Positions 36,743 to 45,985 of a stretch of DNA of 64,000 nt are shown piece by piece. Location of the stretch: NCBI GenBank assembly GCA_964646345.1, contig CAZYDU010000002.1:103961-167960 (forward strand), read 5' to 3'. Made by a program: the position numbers and the translations under genes. The notes under the pieces are model-generated. The model was given only the letters and a program-made list of their open reading frames with translations. It was not told where the DNA came from and did not search any database. The stretch comes from an uncultured Lachnospiraceae bacterium (GTDB lineage: Bacteria > Bacillota > Clostridia > Christensenellales > UBA1242). Numbering within the stretch: the stretch's first letter is position 1; every line of letters starts with the position of its first letter.

Positions 36743-37453
36743 CTAATCATCAAGATTAGATTTCATTGAAAGAAATTTATCAATGTTAAATTCATTCCAA
36801 GCCGAAAGTGTTTCAGGTGGATAAACTCTGAAAATTAGTTTTTGTTTTGACACAGGGTGCAAAAATGCAAGTTCTGTAGCAAACAAATTCAGCATAACTT
36901 TAGCCATTCCTTCTCCACCATATTTTTGGTCGCCATACACAGGACATTTAATACTTTTCATTTGAACTCTAATTTGATGTCCCCTTCCTGAATAAAGCTT
37001 AACCTTCACAAGTGAATGATTTGTTTGGTTATTATATTCTAAAACTTCATAATCAAGTTCCGCTCTTTTTGCACCAGTCGTTGTTTGTGGAACAATTTGA
37101 GCTGTATTAGTCTTTTCATCTTTTTTTAAGTAACTAACAATCTTACCCTTGTTTTCTCTTGGTTTTCCGCAAACAACAGCCAAATAAGTTTTGTCAAAAT
37201 CACCGTTTTTCATTTGTTCAGATAGTCTTGACGCAGCTTTGCTTGTTTTAGCAAAAACCATTGCACCGCCAGTTGGTCTATCAAGTCTGTGAACAAGGCC
37301 AACAAAAGCTTCTCCTGGCTTATTGTATTTTTCTTTAATATACTCTTTAACCTGAGTGAGCATATCTTTATCGCCAGTAGAATCCGGCTGACTTGCAACA
37401 CCTTGTGGTTTGCTAACAACAATAATATGATTATCTTCAAATAGTATTTCCAT
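36743..37453 (-). CDS. RluA-family pseudouridine synthase
   Basis: HRLDRPTGGAMVFAKT catalytic motif. The start at MEILFEDNHIIVV (37453) overlaps the upstream stop as TAATG. The longer track ORF start is unlikely. Confidence 0.85.
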   Translation of the reverse strand: MEILFEDNHIIVVSKPQGVASQPDSTGDKDMLTQVKEYIKEKYNKPGEAFVGLVHRLDRPTGGAMVFAKTSKAASRLSEQMKNGDFDKTYLAVVCGKPRENKGKIVSYLKKDEKTNTAQIVPQTTTGAKRAELDYEVLEYNNQTNHSLVKVKLYSGRGHQIRVQMKSIKCPVYGDQKYGGEGMAKVMLNLFATELAFLHPVSKQKLIFRVYPPETLSAWNEFNIDKFLSMKSNLDD

Positions 37454-38316
37454 TATTTCTCTCCAATAAATATTCCACTTGTTCCACATGGAAGGTAAAT
37501 GCCTTCTTCTGTTGGCAAGCATAATTCATAAGCTTCAACACTTCCATTAAACTTAGCCATTGTAAGTTTTAATATATTTTCTAAAACTGTAGCCCCTAGA
37601 CCAGTTGTATAACTATTTATCAGCACAAAAAGCGGTTTATCACTTAGCACTTCTGTGCAAAGATTAACAAAATCATACAAATTATCTTCAAGTTTCCAAA
37701 CTTCGCCATTAGATCCCCTGCCATAACTTGGTGGGTCCATGATAATTGCATCATATTTATGCCCACGTTTAATTTCACGTTGAACAAATTTTGTGCAGTC
37801 ATCAACAATATAGCGAACATGTACATTTTCAAGGCCTGAAAGCCTTATATTTTCCTTACACCTATCAACCATATTTTTTGCCGCATCAACATGACAAACT
37901 GAAGCTCCAGCTGAAGCACAAGCAACTGTTGCACCACCAGTATAACCAAATAAGTTTAAAACATTAATTTCCCTGCCTGCATTTTTGATTAAATCAATCA
38001 TCGTGTCCCAGTTATAAGCTTGCTCTGGAAACAATCCCGTATGTTTAAACCCCATGGTCTTAAGCGAAAACTTAAGATTTTTATAACTCACAACCCATTC
38101 ATCTGGAGTATCTTTTAAAAACTGCCAAGCCCCGCCACCGGTCTCACTTCTGTGATACCACGCATTCAATCCTTTATATTTATTTAACCTTGACTTTGAA
38201 TGCCAAATAACTTGTGGGTCAGGTCTAAGCAAAATCACACCATTCCAATTTTCAAGTTTCTCGCCATCACCCGTAGCCAAAACCTTATAATCTTTCCAAT
38301 CCCTAGTAAATTTCAT
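37453..38316 (-). CDS. Class I SAM-dependent (RlmI/RlmK-like rRNA) methyltransferase
   Basis: VLNLFGYTGGATVA, CHVDAAK, AIIMDPPSYGRG motifs. Confidence 0.7.
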   Translation of the reverse strand: MKFTRDWKDYKVLATGDGEKLENWNGVILLRPDPQVIWHSKSRLNKYKGLNAWYHRSETGGGAWQFLKDTPDEWVVSYKNLKFSLKTMGFKHTGLFPEQAYNWDTMIDLIKNAGREINVLNLFGYTGGATVACASAGASVCHVDAAKNMVDRCKENIRLSGLENVHVRYIVDDCTKFVQREIKRGHKYDAIIMDPPSYGRGSNGEVWKLEDNLYDFVNLCTEVLSDKPLFVLINSYTTGLGATVLENILKLTMAKFNGSVEAYELCLPTEEGIYLPCGTSGIFIGEK

Positions 38317-38325
38317 AATTAATCC

Positions 38326-39045
38326 TTAATAATTATCTAAAATTGTATTTAAATCTATCAAATCAGCACTAACAAGCACAGCCTTAGCAGACTCATCAAA
38401 GTTGCCATTTTCAGTTAATATTACACTTGATAACTTTCTATTTTGCTGAAACATATAAAGCAAATTTTCAACAGTTATTGATGCTGGTGCAACTTCATAA
38501 TGTTCCGTTTCATTAAAAATATCCAAACAAGAAGCAACGGGTTCATTGATTGCATCATCAATATCTTTATTTTCTTCAATAAATTTACCAATACCTTCAA
38601 CTACCATCTTTCTATTAATAACACCAACCAAGGTTTGAGAAATATAAACTGGCACAACCGAATAACCGTCTTTTTTCATTTCTCTTATAACATCTTTTAA
38701 TGGAGTTTCCCCACTTGCGGTAAACACACGTCTAGGTCTGATACAATCAATAACTTTTGGCGGTGTATTAATAATTCTTGCAATTTTCTCAAGTTTTTCA
38801 ACCACTTCAATATTAGGTTCTGCAATAATTTCATCGCCACTTTTATGCACTATTGCATTTCTAAGCCTGCCATAGTCAATCAAATCTTCTTCAAACTTGC
38901 TAACCACGGTATTGACACTTGCAACCTTTCTAATCATGTCAGCAAAATTAAGCGTCCTTTTTATAGAATAAATATCACGAAGCCCTTGGTCTAACCTGTT
39001 ATAAGCTGCAATAAATCTAGTTGCATTTACATTTTTTTCTTCCAT
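38326..39045 (-). CDS. CBS-pair protein with an N-terminal Rx4H (HEPN-like) helical domain
   Basis: The C-terminal part is two CBS-like repeats (e.g. PLKDVIREMKKDGYSVVPVYISQTLVGVINRKMV). The N-terminal about 95 aa are helical with GRLRNAIVH (R62-H67, nt 38845-38862). Confidence 0.6.
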   Translation of the reverse strand: MEEKNVNATRFIAAYNRLDQGLRDIYSIKRTLNFADMIRKVASVNTVVSKFEEDLIDYGRLRNAIVHKSGDEIIAEPNIEVVEKLEKIARIINTPPKVIDCIRPRRVFTASGETPLKDVIREMKKDGYSVVPVYISQTLVGVINRKMVVEGIGKFIEENKDIDDAINEPVASCLDIFNETEHYEVAPASITVENLLYMFQQNRKLSSVILTENGNFDESAKAVLVSADLIDLNTILDNY

Positions 39046-39096
39046 ATAATATCTCCACTAACATGATAACAAATATTTTTGTTTTAGTCAAAATAA

Positions 39097-40002
39097 TTAT
39101 ATGTCTTTACCTTTTTCTTTGCCACTTTCAACCAAACCCTTAATTATTTCAGCACTGCGATAAATACCTTCAATAAATCCCCTAGAATTTGGATTAGTTA
39201 GCAAAATTGTATCTCCATCGCTATAATTTTCAAGCCATTCAAGCTGTTCAGGCGTTAAATATGCCAAAGATTGCTCATCTAAAATCTTAATTTTCTTATT
39301 TGTTCTTGGATTTACACAATCAAAAACAACACCTTTAGCATTACAAAATTGTTGCTTAATTGAAGGCTTCATTTTTGTTACCCTGCCTGGACGGATAAAT
39401 ATCTTTCTAACACCACTATCAGTAATGGCGTACTTCATTGGATAATCATCTTGTATTGAGTCGCCCGCAAAAATCGCATATTTTCCATTACCAAGCCCAA
39501 GTTCATGAATCATTCTCATTACACTTTCTTGTTTCACAAATGAACTTGTGATATTTAAGGTATCATCATCAAAACAATGCATGGTAAAAGTATCATACAT
39601 TCCACGACCTAAAGGATTAATCTTAATATAGCCTTCGTTTTCCTTATGCATAACATACTTGATGTATTTTTCGCAAGTATTGTTTGCTTCATAGTTCGCA
39701 ATCTCATCTTTCATATTATCATGATTGAAAAAAGTCATCTTTAAATCATAACAAATTCCATTATATCCGTTTTTATCAACATTAGATAACTTTGAATTTG
39801 TAATTATACAAACAACAGGAGTAAGTCCAGTTTCCGTTTCAAAAGTTTTTAAAGCTTTTGTCACCCCATTCTTTGTATGTCTCAAAAAACCTTCAAAATC
39901 ATCATAGATTTCACTTCTAAAATCAAACTCATTGGCATAATCAACCAAAGTATTATTAAAATCTGTAAATATCAATATTTCATTATCTTTTAATTTTTCC
40001 AT
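39097..40002 (-). CDS. HAD-superfamily-like hydrolase (atypical motif I)
   Basis: ILIFTDFNNTLVD (DxNxT), IITNS, FAGDSIQDD. Confidence 0.4.
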   Translation of the reverse strand: MEKLKDNEILIFTDFNNTLVDYANEFDFRSEIYDDFEGFLRHTKNGVTKALKTFETETGLTPVVCIITNSKLSNVDKNGYNGICYDLKMTFFNHDNMKDEIANYEANNTCEKYIKYVMHKENEGYIKINPLGRGMYDTFTMHCFDDDTLNITSSFVKQESVMRMIHELGLGNGKYAIFAGDSIQDDYPMKYAITDSGVRKIFIRPGRVTKMKPSIKQQFCNAKGVVFDCVNPRTNKKIKILDEQSLAYLTPEQLEWLENYSDGDTILLTNPNSRGFIEGIYRSAEIIKGLVESGKEKGKDI

Positions 40003-40067
40003 AAGTCACCTTAATTATTATAGCATATTTATTTTATATTTTAAATACTTTTCGTCAAAATTTTCTC

Positions 40068-40095
40068 TTGACTAATTCCTTAATTTCATTATAAT
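40068..40095 (+). promoter_or_regulatory. Promoter of the SRP RNA gene
   Basis: TTGACT (40068-40073), 16-nt spacer, TATAAT (40090-40095). Confidence 0.6.
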
Positions 40096-40099
40096 AAAC

Positions 40100-40372
40100 C
40101 ATAGCTAGGCTAGATGGGGAGCTAGTAGTGCCCTGTAACCCGAGATCTACTATAGCGGGATTGATAGCACATCTAGGCATAAGATATGGAAGGTCTGCGT
40201 CAAGCAAGCGGTGTTGATAACAAGGTCTTGAACAACAAAACTTCGTGAACCGTGTCAGAGCCTGACCGCAGCAGCACTAAGCGAAATCTTTTGTGTGCTT
40301 TAAGGTAGCTTTGAAGTAGCTGGCTACTTGGCTAACGCTTCGGTGTCTTATGACAAAATGTGTGCCTAGCTT
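40100..40372 (+). ncRNA. ffs: Signal recognition particle RNA, long Bacillus type with an Alu domain
   Basis: ggggagctagtagtgccctgtaacc and tgaaccgtgtcagagcctgaccgcagcagcactaagcgaaatc parallel the B. subtilis scRNA segments gggaggtagcggtgccctgtacc and tgaaccatgtcaggtccggaaggaagcagcattaagtgaaac. The 5' gctaggc pairs with the 3' gcctagc, followed by T6. Confidence 0.8.
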
Positions 40373-40387
40373 TTTTAAAAAAAAACA

Positions 40388-40413
40388 AATCAAGGTGTTT
40401 AGCCTTGATTTTT
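40388..40413. terminator. Hairpin terminator downstream of the SRP RNA
   Basis: atcaagg / ccttgat, a 7-bp stem with A10 upstream and T5 downstream. Confidence 0.5.
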
Positions 40414-40553
40414 TATATTTTTTAAAGACAAAATCTTTTATTCTGTAACATTTTATGGAAGGAAAAATTGTTGCCCTACAACCAAACAGCAAATACTCGC
40501 CTGTTTCAAGCAACATATTTATTCTGATACCCCACTTTAACTAAATATTGAAC

Positions 40554-40916
40554 TTATCTTTCTTTAGAAGCAGAAAGGTCAAGGGCATCATTCCCTTGAC
40601 CTTTCTTGTTAGTATTTTTTTCAGCATTCGACAACAAAAGCTCAAGGCTCGAGACCCCAAGTTGTGACAAAGCTTTCTCAACTAATGCAATGTCTGCTTT
40701 TGTTTGATTTAAAAGTGAGATAAGATAATTTAACCATATTGCATCATCTTCGATAGAAATAGGACACAATGTCTCACTATCCTTTTGCTCAAAAGAAAGC
40801 TTAACCACTTTTTCTGCTTCTTTTAATTGAAGTTCAATATTTTGTTTTGATTCAAGCAAATAGCATAAGGTATCAACAAGTGATTCTCTTAAGTCTACTC
40901 CACTCATATCTAACAA
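40554..40916 (-). CDS. Hypothetical helical protein (120 aa)
   Basis: ORF only; no motif recognised. Confidence 0.4.
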   Translation of the reverse strand: MLDMSGVDLRESLVDTLCYLLESKQNIELQLKEAEKVVKLSFEQKDSETLCPISIEDDAIWLNYLISLLNQTKADIALVEKALSQLGVSSLELLLSNAEKNTNKKGQGNDALDLSASKER

Positions 40917-41084
40917 TCCCCCTTCTTAGCCCTTATATTACCCCCACAAAAAGCATTTGTCAATACCTAACTTAAAATTCAATAAATAATTTTTATTACA
41001 TAACTATTAACTGATAAATTTTTATTATACCCCACATTTTACAAAATCTTAACAATTAATTTTAACTAAGCATTAAAATTTACT

Positions 41085-41112
41085 TTGACAATAATTTTTA
41101 ATTTAGTATAAT
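41085..41112 (+). promoter_or_regulatory. Consensus promoter of the DegV gene
   Basis: TTGACA (41085-41090), 16-nt spacer, TATAAT (41107-41112). AGGAG RBS before the ATG at 41136. Confidence 0.6.
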
Positions 41113-41135
41113 AGTATCGTTAGGAGAAAAAAAAT

Positions 41136-41984
41136 ATGAAAATAGCATTATCTGCCGAATCAACATGTGATTTACCACAAGAATTACTTGAAAAATATGA
41201 TATATCAATCATTCCATATTCTGTTATCTTAGGAGATGAAGTTGTTGAAGACAACCCAAATGTTCCTGCTAAAATCTATGAATATGTTGAACAAACCAAA
41301 AAATTACCAAAAACCAGTGCAATAAATGAAGAAACCTACAAAGAATATTTCACTGGATTACTAAAAAAACATGATGCAATAATTCACATTAGCTTATCAA
41401 GTGGGATTACAAGTTCAACATCAAATGCAATGAAATCCGCTGAAAAACTTAAAAATGTTTACGTGGTTGACTCAAAATCACTTTCAACTGGAATTGCCCT
41501 TCTTTGCATTTATGCTAGAAAACTTATAGATGAAGGAAATGACCCTGAAACAGTTGCAAATAAAGTTAACGCAAGAGTACCTTATGTTCAAGCAAGTTTT
41601 GTTGTTGAAAGACTTGACTACCTTTACAAAGGTGGCAGATGCAACAAACTCTCTCTATTTGGTGCAAATCTATTAAAAATCCGCCCACAAATCGTTTTAA
41701 AAGATGGTTTAATGATTCCAGGTAAAAGATTCCGCGGAAAAATGGAAGGCGTTATCGAAAAATACTCAGAAGAAACTCTTGCTGAATTTAACACACCAGA
41801 CAAATCAATCGTATTTATAACCCACACTTCTGCAACACCAGAAATGATTGCAAAAGCAAGAACAGCTCTTGAAAATGCAGGATTTAAGGAAATTTATGAC
41901 ACCGTTGCAGGTGGAACAATTACCGCTCACTGTGGAGAACATGTACTTGGAATTTTATATTTCAATGACGGAAAAAAAATCTAA
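41136..41984 (+). CDS. DegV family fatty-acid-binding protein
   Basis: MKIALSAESTCDLPQELLEKYDISIIPYSVILGDE, SLSSGITSS; about 280 aa. Confidence 0.85.
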   Translation: MKIALSAESTCDLPQELLEKYDISIIPYSVILGDEVVEDNPNVPAKIYEYVEQTKKLPKTSAINEETYKEYFTGLLKKHDAIIHISLSSGITSSTSNAMKSAEKLKNVYVVDSKSLSTGIALLCIYARKLIDEGNDPETVANKVNARVPYVQASFVVERLDYLYKGGRCNKLSLFGANLLKIRPQIVLKDGLMIPGKRFRGKMEGVIEKYSEETLAEFNTPDKSIVFITHTSATPEMIAKARTALENAGFKEIYDTVAGGTITAHCGEHVLGILYFNDGKKI

Positions 41985-42107
41985 AAACATTAATTATTTA
42001 AACTGAGATACCTTATCTCAGTTTTTATTTGTTAAAAATTAAAGTGCATTAAATACTTCTTGCAAAAAATACCAATTTGATTTAGAATACTTATTATAGG
42101 TGAAGAC

Positions 42108-44102
42108 ATGCAAGTTAAAATTAATAATGCATCATTTGGATATAATGGTGAAAATCTACTAGAAGATTTTTCGTTTGAGATAAATAATAGCGATAAAATT
42201 GCAATCATTGGTCGTAATGGCAGTGGTAAAACCACCCTGCTTAAAATTTTGCTTGGCGAAATTGAATTGCATCAACCAGACAATGCCCCACCAGTATTTG
42301 TAAAAATTGATAAACCAACAATATCAGCTTTAAACCAAATGACATTTGACAATGAAAATATCACCCTAGAAAACGAAATTTTATCCTGCTATAAAAATAT
42401 TATTGACATTGAAGAAAGACTAAACAACATGCAAAAAGAGCTTGAAAAAAGTGATAACCCAAAGCTTGTCGAGAAATTTTCAAGACTTCATGATGAATAT
42501 CAAATTCTAGGTGGATATACCTACAAATCAGAAATGGCAAGCATTCTTTCATCATTTGGATTTTCAGAAAGCGACAAAAAAAAGAAACTTTCAGAGTTTT
42601 CAGGCGGTCAAAAAACAAAAATAGCTTTTATAAAACTAGTTTTGTCAAAACCAGACCTGCTTGTTTTAGATGAACCAACAAACCATTTGGATATAAAAGC
42701 TATAAACTGGCTTGAAGACTATATAACAAACTATAAGAAATCAGTGGTAATTGTATCACACGACCGTGCATTTTTGGATAACACAATCAACACCGTTTAC
42801 GAAATCGAACATAAAAAACTTACAAAGTATGTTGGCAATTACTCAAAATTCTTAAAAACCAAAAGTGAAAAATACGAATCCGACCTAAAGCATTATGAAG
42901 CACAACAACGTGAAATTGCTGATATTAACGCATTTATCGAAAGGTTTAGATATAAAGCCACAAAAGCAAATGCGGTTCAATCAAGAATTAAACAACTTGA
43001 AAAAATGAAAATACTTCCAATGCCACAAAAAAACGACAATTCCGCATTTCACACAAAAACCAAACCCGAAATTGAAAGCGGACTTGAAGTTCTATCTTGC
43101 ACAAATCTAAAAATAGGCTATGACAAATCCACCCCACTTTCAACGATTGATTTAAAACTATTACGTGGCGAAAGATTAGGAATAATTGGAGCAAACGGAA
43201 CTGGTAAATCAACGTTTTTGCAAACCATAACTGAAAAAATCCCAGCAATATCAGGACATTTTAAACTTGGATATAACGTAACATACGGATATTTCTCGCA
43301 ATTAGCAAGCAAAAAAGAAAGCACTAAAACTATATACAATGAATTTAGCGAACTTTTTCCTAAACTAAGTGACCGAGAAGTTCGCTCAAGTCTTGGAGCT
43401 TTCCTATTTTCTGGCAACGATGTCAATAAAAAAGTTTCTGAACTTTCCGGCGGAGAAATCGTAAGACTTGAACTATGCAAAATATTCCAAACAAAACCTA
43501 ATCTATTAATTCTAGACGAGCCAACCAACCATATGGACATAACAAGCAAAGAAACACTAGAAAGTTTGCTTCTTGGCTATAGTGGCACAATAATTTTTGT
43601 ATCTCATGACAGATATTTTACAAATAAAATTGCAACAAAACTTCTTGTATTTGATAGTGACAAAACTTCTCTTTTTGAAGGTACATACAATGAATACATA
43701 CACCCAAACACAAAAATAATTCAAAAAGTTAACAAAGAAATCGAAAACAAACCAAAACTTGAAAAAATTGAATACCCTATTGACTATGATGATATAAAAC
43801 CAGAAAATATATATGCTTCAATGTCATTCTATGATTTATCTAAAGAAAAGAACCGCACAGAAAATATAATGAAAAAGCTGGAAACAAAAACAAGTGAAGC
43901 TGAAGAAAAATTAAATAGTCTAGAATCTGATTTTGTAAATCCAAATATAGCAAGCGACTTTGTAAAACTAATGGCAGTTCAAGAAGATATTGAGAACAAT
44001 CAAAATTTAATTGAAAAGCTAGAAAACGACTGGCTTGAAAAGTCTCAAGAACTTGAGAAAATCAATGAAGCACTTGAACTAATAAAGAAAAACAATGACT
44101 AA
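42108..44102 (+). CDS. ABC-F family ATPase (two NBDs plus a C-terminal coiled coil)
   Basis: GRNGSGKTT and GANGTGKST Walker A motifs, two LSGG signatures, no TM domain, interdomain linker. Confidence 0.85.
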   Translation: MQVKINNASFGYNGENLLEDFSFEINNSDKIAIIGRNGSGKTTLLKILLGEIELHQPDNAPPVFVKIDKPTISALNQMTFDNENITLENEILSCYKNIIDIEERLNNMQKELEKSDNPKLVEKFSRLHDEYQILGGYTYKSEMASILSSFGFSESDKKKKLSEFSGGQKTKIAFIKLVLSKPDLLVLDEPTNHLDIKAINWLEDYITNYKKSVVIVSHDRAFLDNTINTVYEIEHKKLTKYVGNYSKFLKTKSEKYESDLKHYEAQQREIADINAFIERFRYKATKANAVQSRIKQLEKMKILPMPQKNDNSAFHTKTKPEIESGLEVLSCTNLKIGYDKSTPLSTIDLKLLRGERLGIIGANGTGKSTFLQTITEKIPAISGHFKLGYNVTYGYFSQLASKKESTKTIYNEFSELFPKLSDREVRSSLGAFLFSGNDVNKKVSELSGGEIVRLELCKIFQTKPNLLILDEPTNHMDITSKETLESLLLGYSGTIIFVSHDRYFTNKIATKLLVFDSDKTSLFEGTYNEYIHPNTKIIQKVNKEIENKPKLEKIEYPIDYDDIKPENIYASMSFYDLSKEKNRTENIMKKLETKTSEAEEKLNSLESDFVNPNIASDFVKLMAVQEDIENNQNLIEKLENDWLEKSQELEKINEALELIKKNND

Positions 44103-44170
44103 ATTTGATTTTTAATCATTGTTTTTTTATGCAAATTTTTTAATATAAGCCCAATGAATACCGAAAAAAT

Positions 44171-44197
44171 AAGGTATTATGTTTAACATAATACCCT
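44171..44197. terminator. Bidirectional terminator; copy 2 of the AAGGTATTATG..CATAATACC palindrome
   Basis: aaggtattatgtttaacataataccctt, between the convergent ABC-F and glmS genes. Confidence 0.65.
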
Positions 44198-44204
44198 TTT
44201 TGTT

Positions 44205-45965
44205 TTATTCAACTGTAACACTTTTTGCTAGGTTTCTTGGTTTGTCCGGATTAATCCCCTTAGACACACTAACCTTGTATGCCAAATATTGCATTGGAAT
44301 AATTGCAAGGATTGAAGCCGTTAATTCATTGTCATCATCTATATAAATAACATCTTTATCATTATCTTGTTTTATATTTGTAATTAAAATTTTTCTTGCT
44401 CCCCTAGACATAGCTTCATTTGCAGCATTAATGGATTTAGAACAAATATCACTTTGTGTGCAGAATACAAACAAAGGCGTACCTTCTTCAACCAAAGCCA
44501 AGAATCCATGTTTAAGTTCACCTGAAGAATAATTTGTTGCATTGATATAGCTAACTTCTTTTAGTTTCAATGATGATTCCATTGCCGTGATATAATCCAA
44601 ATCCTTACCAATGAAGATTGGGGTTGTCTCATCTTTGATATCCTTAGCAATTTTTTCAACTTTTTTCATATCAAAACTCAATGCTTTTTTTGAAATCTTC
44701 AAAATATCGCCATAAAAATCAATATTACTGCCATTTAAATTTCTCAAATATGACGAGAACATATAAAGAGCAGAAAGTTGACATACGTAAGCCTTTGTTG
44801 ATGCCACGGCAATTTCAGGTCCTGCACAAACTGGCAAAATATAGTCAGCTCTTTTAGCTAAGCTCGAATAAAGCACATTTGTAAGTGCTATAGTTGTTGC
44901 TCCCCCGTCCTTTGCAATTTTATTAGCCATTAATGTGTCAGCGGTTTCTCCACTTTGACTAACCAAAATAAATAACATCTTTTTATTTGCAAAAATTGGT
45001 TTTGAATAAATAAATTCACTAGCAATTTCAGCGGAAGCTTTGATATTTAGTTGTTTTCTAAAATAATTTGCACCAAAGAGTGCCGCATGATAAGCTGTAC
45101 CGCAACCGACAAACACAACTTCGTTGAATTTTGACATGAAATTCTTAGTGAAATTATCTAAAACTCGATGTTCCTTGTAAAATTTAACTTGTCTTTCCAA
45201 AACTTCAGTTTCTTCATAGATTTCTTTAAGCATGAAATGCTCATAGCCATTATTTGAAAAGTTTTCAAAACTATCATCAAGTTTAACTTTTGCTTTTGTA
45301 ATCTTCTTATCGCCTGCAAAAAACTCAATACAACCATCTACGATATGTGCAAAATCATTATCAAAAAATTCATAATACTCATTTGCAACACCAACAAAAC
45401 AAATAGGGTCTGATGCAATCAAGAAATTACCATCAAACTCTGCAACATAAAGTGGACTCTTGTTTTTTGCTAAAAACAATTCATTAGGTTTGTTTTTATT
45501 AATAGCAACGATTGAGTAACTTCCACGCAAAAGCCCAAAAACATTGATAAAATCAGTCATTGATTGAGCTTGTTTTTCTTCTAAAAGTTCCGCAACAACA
45601 GCTGTGTCAGTATCACTTTTAATTGGTTTTAGATTTTGCTTTAATTCTAAATAATTTTCAATAATTCCGTTATGCACAAGTGTCCACATACCTTTATTTG
45701 AACTATGTGGGTGTGCATTTTTAGTTGTAGGTTTCCCGTGAGTAGCCCACCTAGTATGAGCAATCGCACATTCAGTTTCCAAAGTATCAGGAACTGCTTT
45801 TTCAAGATTTGCAATACAACCAACTTCCTTAAAACAATCAACCTTACCATTTTCCATAACAGCAATACCAGCTGAATCGTAACCACGATACTCTAATTTC
45901 TTTAATTTTCCAATAATTTCTTTTGCTTTTGTTTTTTTACCTAAATAACCAACAATTCCGCACAT
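44205..45965 (-). CDS. glmS: Glutamine--fructose-6-phosphate aminotransferase
   Basis: MCGIVGY N-terminal nucleophile, two SIS domains, C-terminal KSVTVE. Confidence 0.96.
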   Translation of the reverse strand: MCGIVGYLGKKTKAKEIIGKLKKLEYRGYDSAGIAVMENGKVDCFKEVGCIANLEKAVPDTLETECAIAHTRWATHGKPTTKNAHPHSSNKGMWTLVHNGIIENYLELKQNLKPIKSDTDTAVVAELLEEKQAQSMTDFINVFGLLRGSYSIVAINKNKPNELFLAKNKSPLYVAEFDGNFLIASDPICFVGVANEYYEFFDNDFAHIVDGCIEFFAGDKKITKAKVKLDDSFENFSNNGYEHFMLKEIYEETEVLERQVKFYKEHRVLDNFTKNFMSKFNEVVFVGCGTAYHAALFGANYFRKQLNIKASAEIASEFIYSKPIFANKKMLFILVSQSGETADTLMANKIAKDGGATTIALTNVLYSSLAKRADYILPVCAGPEIAVASTKAYVCQLSALYMFSSYLRNLNGSNIDFYGDILKISKKALSFDMKKVEKIAKDIKDETTPIFIGKDLDYITAMESSLKLKEVSYINATNYSSGELKHGFLALVEEGTPLFVFCTQSDICSKSINAANEAMSRGARKILITNIKQDNDKDVIYIDDDNELTASILAIIPMQYLAYKVSVSKGINPDKPRNLAKSVTVE

Positions 45966-45985
45966 AATAACTCCTATTTCCTACT

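Noticed and set aside
40277-40516. 79-aa minus-strand ORF.
   Set aside because: It overlaps the 3' half of the SRP RNA gene and its terminators on the opposite strand. It has no RBS and no recognisable protein features.
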